In this document: piece by piece, positions 48,856 to 58,536 of the stretch | Position numbering within the stretch: the stretch's first letter is position 1 | Layout: each line of letters begins with the position of its first letter | Translations under genes and position numbers: made by a program | Notes under the pieces: generated by a model | The model's input: the letters and a program-made list of their open reading frames with translations, nothing else | What the model was told of the DNA's origin: nothing | Databases searched by the model: none | Source of the DNA: a virus | Strand: one strand, 5' to 3' | Virus record (IMG/VR): IMGVR_UViG_3300037502_001442 | Coordinates: 7,823-71,822 of that record | Length of the DNA stretch: 64,000 nt

Positions 48856-49196
48856 TGTCTGACAACTACCGTTCTGAGATTCTGCGAGAGGCGATCATCC
48901 TCATCAACGGGGACAGGAACAACGACTACGGCGACCCCGTGGACGACTTCAGCACGACCGCTGAACTGTGGCAGACCTACTTGTCCCGCACCATGGAGGC
49001 CCGTGGCGGTCTCAACATCAAGGCTCACGACATCGCCGTCATGATGATGCTTCTGAAAGTCGCCCGCATCTCGTGGAGCCCTGAGAAGCGGGACCACTGG
49101 GCAGACATCGCTGGCTACGACGGCTGTGGCTGGGACTGTGTCCAGAGGCAGGAAGAGGACATCGAAGACGACCCCGAGAGCGAAGGCTGGGCCTGA
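48855..49196 (+). CDS. DUF6378-like (dNTP diphosphohydrolase-related) protein
   Basis: 'ILREA..LINGDRN.DYGDP...F...AELW', 'MMLLKVAR', 'DHWADIAGY'. Confidence 0.75.
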   Translation: MSDNYRSEILREAIILINGDRNNDYGDPVDDFSTTAELWQTYLSRTMEARGGLNIKAHDIAVMMMLLKVARISWSPEKRDHWADIAGYDGCGWDCVQRQEEDIEDDPESEGWA

Positions 49197-49393
49197 TGGC
49201 TAGGCAGACGGTCACCGAACTCAGGGGCGAGATCGAGGCTCTCCAGAAGCAACTGGATGGCCTTCGCACCTATCTGGAAACCACCCTCGTGTCCACTCTT
49301 GAGATTCTGGACAAGGCCAACGAGTCAGTCGCGCACCAACTACGTGTTCTGAAGATCGAAACAGACAAGCCCCTCCCCGAGGACGACTTCTGA
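49196..49393 (+). CDS. Small coiled-coil protein
   Basis: Coupled 65 aa ORF. Confidence 0.55.
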   Translation: MARQTVTELRGEIEALQKQLDGLRTYLETTLVSTLEILDKANESVAHQLRVLKIETDKPLPEDDF

Positions 49394-49394
49394 C

Positions 49395-49805
49395 ATGACC
49401 TATGACGAGGACTGGCGACAGGATGCCCTGTGCCTCGGCAAGAATCAAGACATCTGGTACCCACCTCTGGAGTCGCAGTCTCCCGAGCAGTACTACGCCG
49501 TTGGTCGTGAGATTTGTCGCGCATGCCCCGTGTGGGAACTTTGCTTAGCCGATTCTCGTGGAGAGAAGTACGGCATGTGGGCAGGTCTCACTCCCCGTGA
49601 CAGACAGGGTGCATTTGAAAATCGAGAGACGCACCTCAAGATGCACGGTTGGTTGAGATACCGACAAGGATGTCGTTGTGAGGTCTGTACCAAGTCGCAC
49701 TGGAGTAATACGACAGGTGTAAAGGTTGATCTTTCCCTTATTCCAGACGCTTTGGAGCCCTTAGAAGACATCGACTCTCTTAGGTATGGACTGCTAGGGC
49801 CGTAA
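49395..49805 (+). CDS. whiB: WhiB-family transcription factor
   Basis: 'WRQDALC', 'ICRACPVWELCL', 'YGMWAGLTPRDR'; extra C-terminal 'GCRCEVC'. Confidence 0.88.
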   Translation: MTYDEDWRQDALCLGKNQDIWYPPLESQSPEQYYAVGREICRACPVWELCLADSRGEKYGMWAGLTPRDRQGAFENRETHLKMHGWLRYRQGCRCEVCTKSHWSNTTGVKVDLSLIPDALEPLEDIDSLRYGLLGP

Positions 49806-49810
49806 CCCCG

Positions 49811-49910
49811 TATACTGGTAACCAGACACCCATACCAAGGTCCTCCCGTTTCGGTCGCAAGACCGTCTTGGTATGGGTGTCTTGTTTTATCCGACGACAC
49901 TGGAGGAATC
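49811..49910 (+). promoter_or_regulatory. -10 box and structured 5' leader of the Rpf-like gene
   Basis: TATACT at 49811; 17-bp stem 49824-49840/49866-49882 enclosing CGGTC-GCAA-GACCG; TGTTTT after the stem; SD GGAGGA at 49902. Confidence 0.6.
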
Positions 49911-51035
49911 ATGACCAGTATCTTCTATGGCCTCGTTGCCATGTTCACCGCACTTAGTGCAACCCTTGCCTTTGGGATAAAGGCGCCAGAGCAATCAACG
50001 CTAGACACCGCAACAGGATCGGTAGCAACCGACGCACAGTTCCCCTCATGGGAGCCCACCGCAACCGAGGCTGAGTTTCTCGCCTACGCATCCCTGCCTG
50101 AGGCCCCTCCCATGGACTACTGGGTGAGATTGGCCCAGTGCGAGACAGGGCAGAACTGGCAGAACAGCGGTCGCCACGGCGGAGGTTTCGGGTTCTTCAC
50201 CGTTGGTGAGTTCCCCTCGTCCAGCATGGGCGGATGGGAGCGCATGGGCGGAGAGGAGTTTGCAGGCCACCCCATGGACGCCACCCCGACCGAGCAGATC
50301 ATCATCGCAACTCGTACCGCCATCCTTGGCTGGGGTCCGATCCCGCTCCAGCGCGACCCCGCCATGGCTAAGCGCAAGGGTATCCCCGTCGACTACGAGT
50401 GGAAGACCAATCCCCATGGCTATTGGACATGGGGCTGTGCCAAGAGGGTCGTCGGTGACCCCTGCGGGTACCTCTACGACGGCACCGTCATCAAGGACTT
50501 CCCGCATGAGAAGCCCGCTTACTGTCGCTATCTGAAGCCCAAGAACTACTCGAAGGTGGACGGCAACGGCAGGTACCTGCACAACCGCGCCATCCGAGAA
50601 GCGTCAGCGAAAGCCCGAGCAGACGGAGCAACCTCGGTTGCCTTCCCCTCTGCGGTGGAGTGGTTGTACCCGACCCCCGTGAGCAATGCGCCCATTCCCG
50701 ATACCGCACTCTGCCCCAAGGCATGGTCCTATGCACGAGAGGCAGGGTTCACCGACGAGGAAATCGCCGTGCTGGATGTCGTCATCAACAACTCGTCCAA
50801 GTGCTCTGCCTCTGCCAAGAAGAAGGACGCCGAGGGCATGATCTACCGAGGCTGGACTCTTCTCAGTTCTGACTGGGTTTCGTACTTCCGCATCTCGGCC
50901 ACGCTGTGGTCCGCACAGGAACTGCTCGACCCCGCAACACACATGGAAGCGGTGCGAGCCCTCTACGAGCGAGACATCCTCCGAGGTGGAGACGGGTGGG
51001 GCTGGGCCAGTCAGTACCTCCAGAACACTAACTAA
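49911..51035 (+). CDS. Secreted Rpf-like lytic transglycosylase with a second degenerate SLT-like domain
   Basis: N-terminal signal/TM segment; 'WVRLAQCETGQNW...GGGFGF...ATPTEQIIIA' Rpf pattern; C-terminal 'C.......AGF...VINNSSKC...ELLDP..H..A...LY......GW.W'. Confidence 0.7.
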   Translation: MTSIFYGLVAMFTALSATLAFGIKAPEQSTLDTATGSVATDAQFPSWEPTATEAEFLAYASLPEAPPMDYWVRLAQCETGQNWQNSGRHGGGFGFFTVGEFPSSSMGGWERMGGEEFAGHPMDATPTEQIIIATRTAILGWGPIPLQRDPAMAKRKGIPVDYEWKTNPHGYWTWGCAKRVVGDPCGYLYDGTVIKDFPHEKPAYCRYLKPKNYSKVDGNGRYLHNRAIREASAKARADGATSVAFPSAVEWLYPTPVSNAPIPDTALCPKAWSYAREAGFTDEEIAVLDVVINNSSKCSASAKKKDAEGMIYRGWTLLSSDWVSYFRISATLWSAQELLDPATHMEAVRALYERDILRGGDGWGWASQYLQNTN

Positions 51036-51053
51036 TGTTCTACAATGGAACCC

Positions 51054-51290
51054 ATGGATAACTCCGACTGCATCAAGCGAACCGACATTCTCGGCACCTC
51101 TGAGGTGGCTGAGGTGCTCGGCGTTAGCAAGCAACGGATCGCGTCGCTTCGCAAGGACGTGAACTTCCCCGAGCCCTTCCTGAAGTTGGCGTCCACACCA
51201 CTCTGGGACAGGACCGAGGTGGAGACCTTCCTTGCGAAGTGGCGCCCTTGGGTCCTCCTGAACCGCGACTCGGTATCGAGCGATGAGTGA
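51054..51290 (+). CDS. HTH DNA-binding protein (AlpA/excisionase-like)
   Basis: 'ILGTSEVAEVLGVSKQRI......FPEP...LASTPLW'; TACAAT at 51041 suggests a leaderless start at 51054. Confidence 0.8.
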   Translation: MDNSDCIKRTDILGTSEVAEVLGVSKQRIASLRKDVNFPEPFLKLASTPLWDRTEVETFLAKWRPWVLLNRDSVSSDE

Positions 51291-51426
51291 TCTGTACCGC
51301 TGTACGGCTTGCAAGCACTCGGTGAGGCTGGGGGTGACGCCTAGCGTCCCCCCGACCCACCACTGCTCTGGCAAGCACCACGAGATGGTCCTTGTCGGGG
51401 AAAAGAAAAAGGCCCCCGCCGAATAA
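51283..51426 (+). CDS. Small zinc-ribbon-like protein (MSDLYRCTACKH...)
   Basis: Translated by hand, 47 aa, CxxC...HC...H. Confidence 0.45.
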   Translation: MSDLYRCTACKHSVRLGVTPSVPPTHHCSGKHHEMVLVGEKKKAPAE

Positions 51427-51446
51427 TCGGCAGGGGCCAGTTTCTC
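51401..51446. terminator. Terminator between convergent operons
   Basis: Stem GGCCCCCGCCGA/TCGGCAGGGGCC; A tract on the left gives a U tract on the minus strand; T-rich on the right. Confidence 0.75.
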
Positions 51447-51450
51447 TTCG

Positions 51451-51846
51451 TTAGTCAACGTACTCGGGGATGTCCCGCTTGGTTCCTTTGCCTGTGTGGA
51501 AGTCAATGCCACCCCACACTCCATAGAGGAAGTTGTTCAACTTGGCGAACTTGAAGCACTCACTGCGGACAGTGCACTCGGCGCAGATCGCCTTAGCCTT
51601 GTCCACGAGGGGTTTGCGGGGCTGACCCCGACCGATGCCCTCTGCGAAGAAGTACTGCAACAGTTCGGGCTTGCCCAAGCACTTAGCCTCGCTCTTCCAC
51701 GACTCCCCGTCCGAGAACTTCAGAGAGGGAAGACCGACGACACCGCTGTGGGTCGTAACCTCATCCTCGGCAGAAGTGAGGGGGGACTCGTCGAGCCCCC
51801 CCTCTTCCTCCTCCTGCACGTCGCTCCAGTGCAGGTACTTCGTCAT
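51451..51846 (-). CDS. whiB: WhiB-family transcription factor (second copy)
   Basis: 'WKSEAKC', 'AKAICAECTVRSECF', 'YGVWGG'. Confidence 0.88.
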   Translation of the reverse strand: MTKYLHWSDVQEEEEGGLDESPLTSAEDEVTTHSGVVGLPSLKFSDGESWKSEAKCLGKPELLQYFFAEGIGRGQPRKPLVDKAKAICAECTVRSECFKFAKLNNFLYGVWGGIDFHTGKGTKRDIPEYVD

Positions 51847-52865
51847 GCGAACACCAGTTCCTTGATGAGCGAGAGGACCTGACGGTCGTACTGCTCAGCC
51901 TTGCCAGTGAGACCGTTGAGCATGTTTCGCTCGACACGGGTCTCATCCGAGCCAGCGAAGTGGTGCTGGTAGGTGTTCCACGTCTGAAGGACGCCGAGGG
52001 CGGTGCCGTTCCACGGAGCGACCCGAGGGTCGTTGTAGTAGAGGTGGCGGAGCAGTTCCTGCTTGTTCTCGGCACGAGCCTTGACCTGCGGTCGCACGTC
52101 CACGTCCTGTGCGACAGGGACGAGGCGCTCGATGATCGCTTGGAACTCGTTGTCCACCACAGCCTGCGTGGCAAGGCGCTCGAGTTCCAGCGACAGGTCG
52201 TCAGAGTAGGAGTGCACCAGCGTCAGGGCGTCCCGCACCGTCTGGAGACGGAAAGCGCTGTTCTTGGAGTGGCGGACCTTGTACTGCGGGGTGTTCTCAC
52301 CGAGGGCACCAGCCAGCGTGTTGTCGCAGACCACGACCGTCGAGACCAACTGGAAGGTGGTCGACAGGGTGCCGTCGTGCGAGGTGCAGGCAAGGAGGTG
52401 CGGGCGGATGCTGAACCCCGTGCCCGCGACGTCGACCGTCTCGGGCAGTTCGATGGTCACGAACGACTTCGCACCGTTCCGCAGGAGCCCCGCAGTACCG
52501 ATGGAGAGGTCGTCATCGTCCAGCAGGTTGGCAACGGAACCGAGGAGCCACTCACGGTACTGGTGCACCTGATAGCCCGACTTGAAGGTTGCGAAGATGT
52601 CGTTCGTGTCCCCACGGACGATTGCCTTGCGCTCGGTGTCCTCGATGAAGTTCTCACCGATCTTGATGTACACGGGAGCCTCGACGGCTTCCCAGTTGTA
52701 CAGGCGGCGGAGGACGTCGTCCACGGGGACGGCGTGCTTGTAGTGGTTGGGCTCGTCACCTTGCAGGTCGGCACGGTAGTGCCAAGCGTTTCCACGCCCG
52801 TACTGCGGGTCCGTGAACCCGATGAGCACCTGAGTGTTGAGCCATGAGAGTGTCTCTGCGGACAT
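51843..52865 (-). CDS. DUF932-family (phage/plasmid TIGR03299-like) protein
   Basis: True start MSAETLSWLN at 52865 after AGGAG; 'AGLLRNGA..F', 'TSHDGT', 'VVCDNTL', 'RHS'. Confidence 0.85.
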   Translation of the reverse strand: MSAETLSWLNTQVLIGFTDPQYGRGNAWHYRADLQGDEPNHYKHAVPVDDVLRRLYNWEAVEAPVYIKIGENFIEDTERKAIVRGDTNDIFATFKSGYQVHQYREWLLGSVANLLDDDDLSIGTAGLLRNGAKSFVTIELPETVDVAGTGFSIRPHLLACTSHDGTLSTTFQLVSTVVVCDNTLAGALGENTPQYKVRHSKNSAFRLQTVRDALTLVHSYSDDLSLELERLATQAVVDNEFQAIIERLVPVAQDVDVRPQVKARAENKQELLRHLYYNDPRVAPWNGTALGVLQTWNTYQHHFAGSDETRVERNMLNGLTGKAEQYDRQVLSLIKELVFA

Positions 52866-52922
52866 TGTTTGTCTTCTCCTTGTGTTTGTTGGTTTGTTTG
52901 TGGGTTGTCCCACACCTGCGAA

Positions 52923-52950
52923 TCTACAGGTGTGGATGTGGGGTTTGCAA
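52923..52950 (-). promoter_or_regulatory. Sigma70-type promoter embedded in two hairpins
   Basis: Minus strand TTGCAA-18 nt-TAGATT; both boxes lie at hairpin tips (GGGGTT/AACCCC and CCACACCTG/CAGGTGTGG). Confidence 0.55.
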
Positions 52951-52953
52951 CCC

Positions 52954-55157
52954 CTAAAAGAGGTTCCTGACTTCCAGCCAGACCAGAGCCAGAGCCTCGG
53001 GCTCGAAGACCTCACCGTACGCTTCCTCGGACAGGTCCTTGAAGGTCTTGAACAGTTTCTCGCTGTCTTCGTCGGGGCAGAGGTACTTGTTGGCACCCCC
53101 ATCGCCGTTCTGCTCAACGATGAAGAAGTTCTCCCCCCGAGAGACAGTGGCAGTGAACGCCACCCCTCGGTCGGTCTCCCATTCTTCGTCAATCTCGATC
53201 AACCACTCATCGTCGAAGAGCGAGGGGTTGGCAGGGGTCACAGGACCGTAGTAGTCCCTTAGTTCGTCAGTCATTTGTTTCTCCTTTGTACTTTGCTGAC
53301 AGGCTGAGACACCCGAACCCAAGGGAAGCGAGTGCCATGGTGACGGGAAGCGTTATGGGCGCCCCGTAGAACAGGATGTTGGTAAACACCCCGAGATAGA
53401 AGGACACGCCAAGGAGCGCCACCCCCGTAGGGGTGGTCACTCGGTTGGCGAACCTCTGAGGGTCAGAGACTCGCATCTTCGGTCTCCAGTGCACGCACGA
53501 GGAAGTCGAGAGACACCCCGACAACCCGAGCCTCACGGAGCGCACCTCGGCGGGTCCGCTTGGTCTTGGTCGCCGTGAGTACGGGATCGAACTGGTCCAC
53601 CGCCCAGATGACACCAGTGACGGTGTATCCCCCGAGTGGCAACCACTTGCGGTTCTTCTCGACGACGACGCTGATGTTGAGATCACTCATCGTCTTCTCC
53701 GTCCTCGTAGAATCCCATGTTGTAAAGGAAGTCCACGAAGGCATCCAGATGGAGACCCTCCACGACGTCCCACGACGAGACCTCGGTGCTTCCCTTGTAG
53801 GAAACGCCCTCGGGCAGTTGGATCAACTCCTCGGGGTTCTCCGTGGCGCAGTTCTCGATGGCTTTGAGAGCCGTTGAGAGCATCTTGTTGGGCACGGGCG
53901 GGTAGCAGTTGCTCACGAAGTGAATGCTGACCGCCTTTGCCAAGTCTTCGTCACCGAGGTAGTCGATGAGATCCAGTGCCTTTGAGTATCCCATTAGATG
54001 TCCTCCTGTTCGTCGTAGGGATAGATGGAGAACGAGTACAGGTTGTGCTCGCTCAGGTCTTCGTAGAAGCCGTCGGGGTCAGCCTTGGCGTACTCCTCAC
54101 ACTCCTCCAGCGTGCCCACGAAGGCGGGCGTCTCGCTATCTGGCAGGCACCCTGCGGATGCCCACCAGACTGCGAAGGTTCCTTCGATGGTCTTCATGAT
54201 GCGCTCACCGTCGTTTCCACGGGGAAGAGACCGAGGGCGACAGCCTTTGCCACCGCCTCACGAAGGACCTGAAGAGCCTTGTCGTGGGTGTACTCGTCCA
54301 CTGGGATCGTCAGAGCGAAGTTGAACCTGCTCAGGACCGTCTGGTTGTGGCAGGAGTAGCAGACTCCGTCCTCACCGATGCGCTCCAGAGGTCCCTCGCA
54401 GTGCGGGCACCAGAGTGTGTAGTTGTTGATTGTCATGAGTTGCTTCTCCATTCGCTGTAGTTGTCTCTGTTGTTGTCGTCCTCGGGGTCGAGCCCGAGTT
54501 CCGCACACCATTCGGCGTACGTGGGTCGTGTGCTGAACACGACCAGTCTGTGCTTCTTCTCTTTCATGTGTTTCCTTTCTTAGTAGGAGTCGGGGTTGCT
54601 TCGGAGCCACTCCTCGTAGCCGTCCCACGGGTCGTCTATCGACTCGGCTACGTGATTGACGTAGTCGCTGTAATCCTTGGACGACTTGTAGTCCTCCTCG
54701 GTCTTGTCGGGATTGTCCTCCAGCCACTCGTCGAGGCACTGGGCGTACTCGCCAGCGAGGAACTTCTCCTCTGCTCGCTCCCACCGTTCCTCTGCCTCGT
54801 ACTGGTCCTGATAGGGCTTCTCCAGCCATGCGTCGTAGTTGATTCTCATGTTCTTTCCTTTCACTTGTAGATGTTCTTGGGTTCACTGCTGATGACGCGC
54901 CAGCCACGCCCGAGGTTCGACCCCTTGCTTGCCACAAACCACTCGTCTCGGTGCAGTTCAATGACCTGCACGTCGTCCATGTTGAGTCCGTCGAAGATGG
55001 GGTTGCCCCTCTCGTACTGGTCGAAGACGCTGTTGGCATTGGCGAACAGTTCGTCCTCCGTGTCACCGAGTACGACGATGGCAGGCTCCTCGATGTCGAG
55101 GTCAGGCCAGATGATGCGAACGATCACCCCGACCTTCTCCTTGTGCACGACGTCCAT
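52954..55157 (-). other. Nine small acidic or hypothetical early-type CDSs (52954-53274, 53267-53476, 53463-53690, 53683-53994, 53994-54197, 54194-54436, 54433-54567, 54580-54849, 54861-55157)
   Basis: Coupled minus-strand ORFs with AGGA/GGAG RBSs; starts refined by hand; 53267-53476 is hydrophobic; 54194-54436 has CxxC...CxxC. Confidence 0.65.
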
Positions 55158-55750
55158 CACTTGTCTCCTTCCGTGTGCTCTTTCCAGAGTTCGTCTGCGG
55201 TCTGGTTCAGGAGGTCCCAGACCTCGTTGTACTGGTTGTCCCAAGCGTCGATGTCATCGGGGTCATCGACATCGGGGATGTCGTTGTCGAGGTCCACGTC
55301 CGCCAGCACCTCGCCGTTGGCGATGAGCGTCACGCCGAGAACGGCGTTGCTCAGTTCCTCGTACGAGATGAGGAACGAGAGGTCGCTCCACTCTCGGGAG
55401 ATGGTGATGAAGGCTTGGAGGGGCGGTCCCCACGGACTGCTGAAACTGAAGTCCACCTCCAGAGTCACAGTGTCGTCACGGTCCTGCTCCAGCACGAAGT
55501 CGTCCTTGAGGTACGTGTCGCTGTCACCCCACTTGGTTCCCCAGTTGGCGTACTGCCAGTCGACGACGTGCACGCCTTCGGCGTTGCGGTTGTCGTCGTT
55601 GTTGAACTCTTCGGGGATAGTTACGAGAGTCGAGATGATCTGAAACTCTCGGGACTCGCCCTCTCCCTTGACGGTCACGGCGTCGACGAAACGACTCACG
55701 GACTCAGAGGGACCACGGACGGTCAGGTTGTTGGTGCACCAGTTGGGCAT
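55157..55750 (-). CDS. DUF1281/YubB (Api92-like ferredoxin-fold) protein
   Basis: 'MPNWCTNNLTVRG', 'DWQYANWGTKW', 'F.SPWGPP', 'YEE'. Confidence 0.8.
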   Translation of the reverse strand: MPNWCTNNLTVRGPSESVSRFVDAVTVKGEGESREFQIISTLVTIPEEFNNDDNRNAEGVHVVDWQYANWGTKWGDSDTYLKDDFVLEQDRDDTVTLEVDFSFSSPWGPPLQAFITISREWSDLSFLISYEELSNAVLGVTLIANGEVLADVDLDNDIPDVDDPDDIDAWDNQYNEVWDLLNQTADELWKEHTEGDK

Positions 55751-55781
55751 TGGATTCTCCTTGTGTTGTGTTGGTTGCTGT

Positions 55782-55876
55782 TGGACTTGCGTCCCATGAG
55801 TGCTGGAGCGGGGAGAAAGGGTAAGAACCCGCCCCAGCACCCATGGCACGCCACGGGCTCTCACCCGTGACGTCCA
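55782..55876 (-). ncRNA. Structured intergenic element, divergent copy
   Basis: Same three-stem layout as the copies at 58.4-62.1 kb but different sequence; GAGA tetraloop and G-U pairs on the minus strand. Confidence 0.5.
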
Positions 55877-55884
55877 TGGTCACT

Positions 55885-57423
55885 CTATCCGACCCAGTCG
55901 GAAAGAAGCGACGCAATTATGGACCCCGCCTCAATACCGAGGTCCTCTGCCTTGCCGTCCAGCACCGCCGTGAGGGCGGTCTGCTTCGCATTGAGGAGTG
56001 CGAACAGCCTGTCGTCAATCGTCTGCTCACCGTTGGCACGGGCACCAGTGAGGTGCCAGCACGTCACGGACTCGGTCTGACCGACACGGTGGATGCGGTC
56101 CTCTGCCTGAGAGAGTTCGGCAGGAGTCCACGGCAGTTCCACACCGAGCCACTGAGTGGCACGAGTGAGGGTCAGACCGACACCGCCAGCGGTGTAGTTG
56201 CAGACGATGACGTTGATGCGCCCCTGCTGGAAGGCGTCGACCGCCTCCTGCTTCTCGGCATCCTTCATGCCACCGACGATGCGACCGACCGACCAGCGGG
56301 GATCGGTCTCTGCACGCTTCTGGCACTCGGTGACGATGGCGTCAATGACCGCACGGTGGTGGGCGAAGACCACGACGGGCTCGTCCGCCTCCACGAGGCT
56401 CTCCAGATGCTCCAGAGCGCTGGGCACCTTAGCCACGGCGAGGGTCCGACGGAGGGCTGTCAACTGGGTGATGACCTCCGCACGGGAGACCTTGAGCACC
56501 GCCTCACGACCGCCACGTTCGTACACCCATCCGAGGAAGTCGCTCTCCACCCGCAGGTACTCCCGCAGGCTCTTGTCATCGAGGGCGACAGCCACCTGAG
56601 CACGACGCTTAGCGGGGAGTTCCTTGAGGACCTCGCTCTTGCGACGTCGGATGTAGCACGTGCCAGTCAACTTGAGGTTGAGTTCCTCGGTGTTGGATGC
56701 GCCGTTGAACGTCCACCCGAAGTTGTTCTGGATGGGGTCGCAGTAGCGGAACCTGAACGCTCCAGCCGAGCCGAACACGGGGCGCAACTGACCGATGGCG
56801 TCCAGCAGGGACACGAGTTCAGAGGGGCGGTTCGTTGCGGGCGTGCCCGAGGCGAGCACCACGTAGCCGTGCTCGGGGACCGAGCGGGCAATCGCCTGCA
56901 ATCCGATGGTGCGCTTCGCCTTCGGGTTCTTGATGCGGTGCGCCTCGTCCACCAGCAGGGCACCGAAGCCCTCGGTAGCGAGAGCCTGCGTCCAGCCCGT
57001 GACCGACGAGTCACCGATCACCGTGACGTCGGCGCCCGAGAGGGCGTAGGGCTTCGTGCCGTTGACGACCTCCACGGACAGTGCGCCCGCAGTGAACTTG
57101 GCAATCTCACGGCGCCAGTTCTCACGAAGAGACGGGGGCACGACGATGAGCGAGCGCAGACCTTGCTCGTGAGCCTTGACGGCGACGGCGATGAGTTGCG
57201 GGGTCTTGCCCAGACCCATCTCGTCACCGAGGATGACACGGCGCACCTTGAGGGCATACGCCACGCCAGCCCGCTGGTACGGGAGGAGGGGAAGGGCAAG
57301 GTCGAAGTCGATGTCGGCATCGTGCGCCCCAGAGAGCGCAGTCAGTTCGGCATCCACCTCAGTAGGAGGGGCGACCCTGCTGAGGGATGACAGCAGGGCG
57401 TCCAGCGATTCACGCTGATTCAT
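55885..57423 (-). CDS. SNF2/HARP-like helicase
   Basis: 'LLPYQRAGV', 'GDEMGLGKT', 'VDEAHRIKN', 'SGTPATNRPSEL', 'GVGLTLT', 'QAEDRIHRVGQ'. Confidence 0.92.
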   Translation of the reverse strand: MNQRESLDALLSSLSRVAPPTEVDAELTALSGAHDADIDFDLALPLLPYQRAGVAYALKVRRVILGDEMGLGKTPQLIAVAVKAHEQGLRSLIVVPPSLRENWRREIAKFTAGALSVEVVNGTKPYALSGADVTVIGDSSVTGWTQALATEGFGALLVDEAHRIKNPKAKRTIGLQAIARSVPEHGYVVLASGTPATNRPSELVSLLDAIGQLRPVFGSAGAFRFRYCDPIQNNFGWTFNGASNTEELNLKLTGTCYIRRRKSEVLKELPAKRRAQVAVALDDKSLREYLRVESDFLGWVYERGGREAVLKVSRAEVITQLTALRRTLAVAKVPSALEHLESLVEADEPVVVFAHHRAVIDAIVTECQKRAETDPRWSVGRIVGGMKDAEKQEAVDAFQQGRINVIVCNYTAGGVGLTLTRATQWLGVELPWTPAELSQAEDRIHRVGQTESVTCWHLTGARANGEQTIDDRLFALLNAKQTALTAVLDGKAEDLGIEAGSIIASLLSDWVG

Positions 57424-57507
57424 GATTGGGTTCCTTTCTTGTGGTTGCTCGGTTGAGCCTAGCGGATGGGAGGGTCAATCGGCGCACCGAAAGACCCCCC
57501 CAACTGC

Positions 57508-58179
57508 TCAGCCCTGTCGGGCGCACTCGGGTCCGAGACCCCGAGCACGTGATGCCTCGTCCGTGAGGTGGCGACCGCACGAACCGCACACCCCGAGTTC
57601 CCGACCGAAGAGCGCCTTGGCATCGTGGCGCTCGGCGTCGGTGAGAGCACCGAGGCGCTCTGCGACGTCCCGCACTTGCGCGAACGGGATCGGTTGGTCG
57701 GCGTGACCGCCGATGACACGGAGGACCTCCTTGCGACCGTGTGACACACGGACACGGAAGAAGTCCAAGTCGTTGTTCCCCGTCGCAGACGGGAGGGCGT
57801 AGCGACCCTCCTCCACGTTGGCGAGGACCTCGTCGGTGTTGAGGCACTCCCCCTTGCGGTGGAAGTTCTTCCATCCCTCTGAGGTGTGCACGGCGAAGCC
57901 CGTACCGATGGGGACGGGATGACCGCACGACCCGCACCAGTTCTGACGCTTGTTCACAATGACGTGACCCTCGGGGAGGTGGGCGTGCTCGGGGTTGCGG
58001 GGCTTCGGGATGCTCTTCACCTTGTCAATGACCTTGGAGATGTCAGCGACGGTGAGTCGTGCCACGGCGGTGTCCGCCATGTACTGCTCCACGTCGGTGA
58101 TGCCGAGGGTCTCGGCACGCTCCTCCAGAAGTGATCGCAGGAAGTGCACCTGCTTCGGGGTTGCGACAGTGGCGCTCAC
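57508..58179 (-). CDS. DUF6011-like zinc-binding protein
   Basis: C-terminal 'CGSCGRHLTDEASRARGLGPECA'; N-terminal 'ATPKQVHFLRSLL'. Confidence 0.75.
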   Translation of the reverse strand: MSATVATPKQVHFLRSLLEERAETLGITDVEQYMADTAVARLTVADISKVIDKVKSIPKPRNPEHAHLPEGHVIVNKRQNWCGSCGHPVPIGTGFAVHTSEGWKNFHRKGECLNTDEVLANVEEGRYALPSATGNNDLDFFRVRVSHGRKEVLRVIGGHADQPIPFAQVRDVAERLGALTDAERHDAKALFGRELGVCGSCGRHLTDEASRARGLGPECARQG

Positions 58180-58424
58180 AGCGTCACCGTCCTGTGCTCC
58201 CGCACCTTGATGAGCGGGAAGAGGGTGCTGACGTGGGCGACGACCTCCTCCACGGTCTCCACACCGAGCGTGGAGGTCTTGAAGTAGAGGGTCAGGTCGT
58301 TCAGCCCCCGCTCTTCGCCGTCACTGGTCTTGGCTCGGATGCTGACGGCGACGAAGTCCGTGTAGACGTTCGCCTCGGTCTCGACGTCCTCGACGTCGTG
58401 GATGCTGATGGATGCGTAGAGCAT
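58176..58424 (-). CDS. Hypothetical protein (MLYASISIHD...)
   Basis: GAAAGGAA RBS before ATG 58424. Confidence 0.65.
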   Translation of the reverse strand: MLYASISIHDVEDVETEANVYTDFVAVSIRAKTSDGEERGLNDLTLYFKTSTLGVETVEEVVAHVSTLFPLIKVREHRTVTL

Positions 58425-58450
58425 GCTTGTTCCTTTCTGTTGGTTGCTGT

Positions 58451-58536
58451 TCGGGCTCTGATGAGCCCTCACAATGCACGAGCCTAGCGCCCATGCACTG
58501 TGAGGGCACCACCACTTACGTGGTGGAGCCCCGAGG
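58451..58536 (-). repeat. Structured intergenic repeat, copy B
   Basis: + strand TCGGGCTC-TGATGA-GCCCTCAC...GTGAGGGC-A-CCACCAC-TTAC-GTGGTGG-AGCCCCGAGG. Confidence 0.85.

Noticed and set aside
57441-57507. Full extra copy of the structured repeat, or a TTGACC/TAGGCT promoter
   Set aside because: Only one imperfect hairpin is clear and the TTGACC-TAGGCT spacing is 11 nt; kept only as a possible degenerate copy
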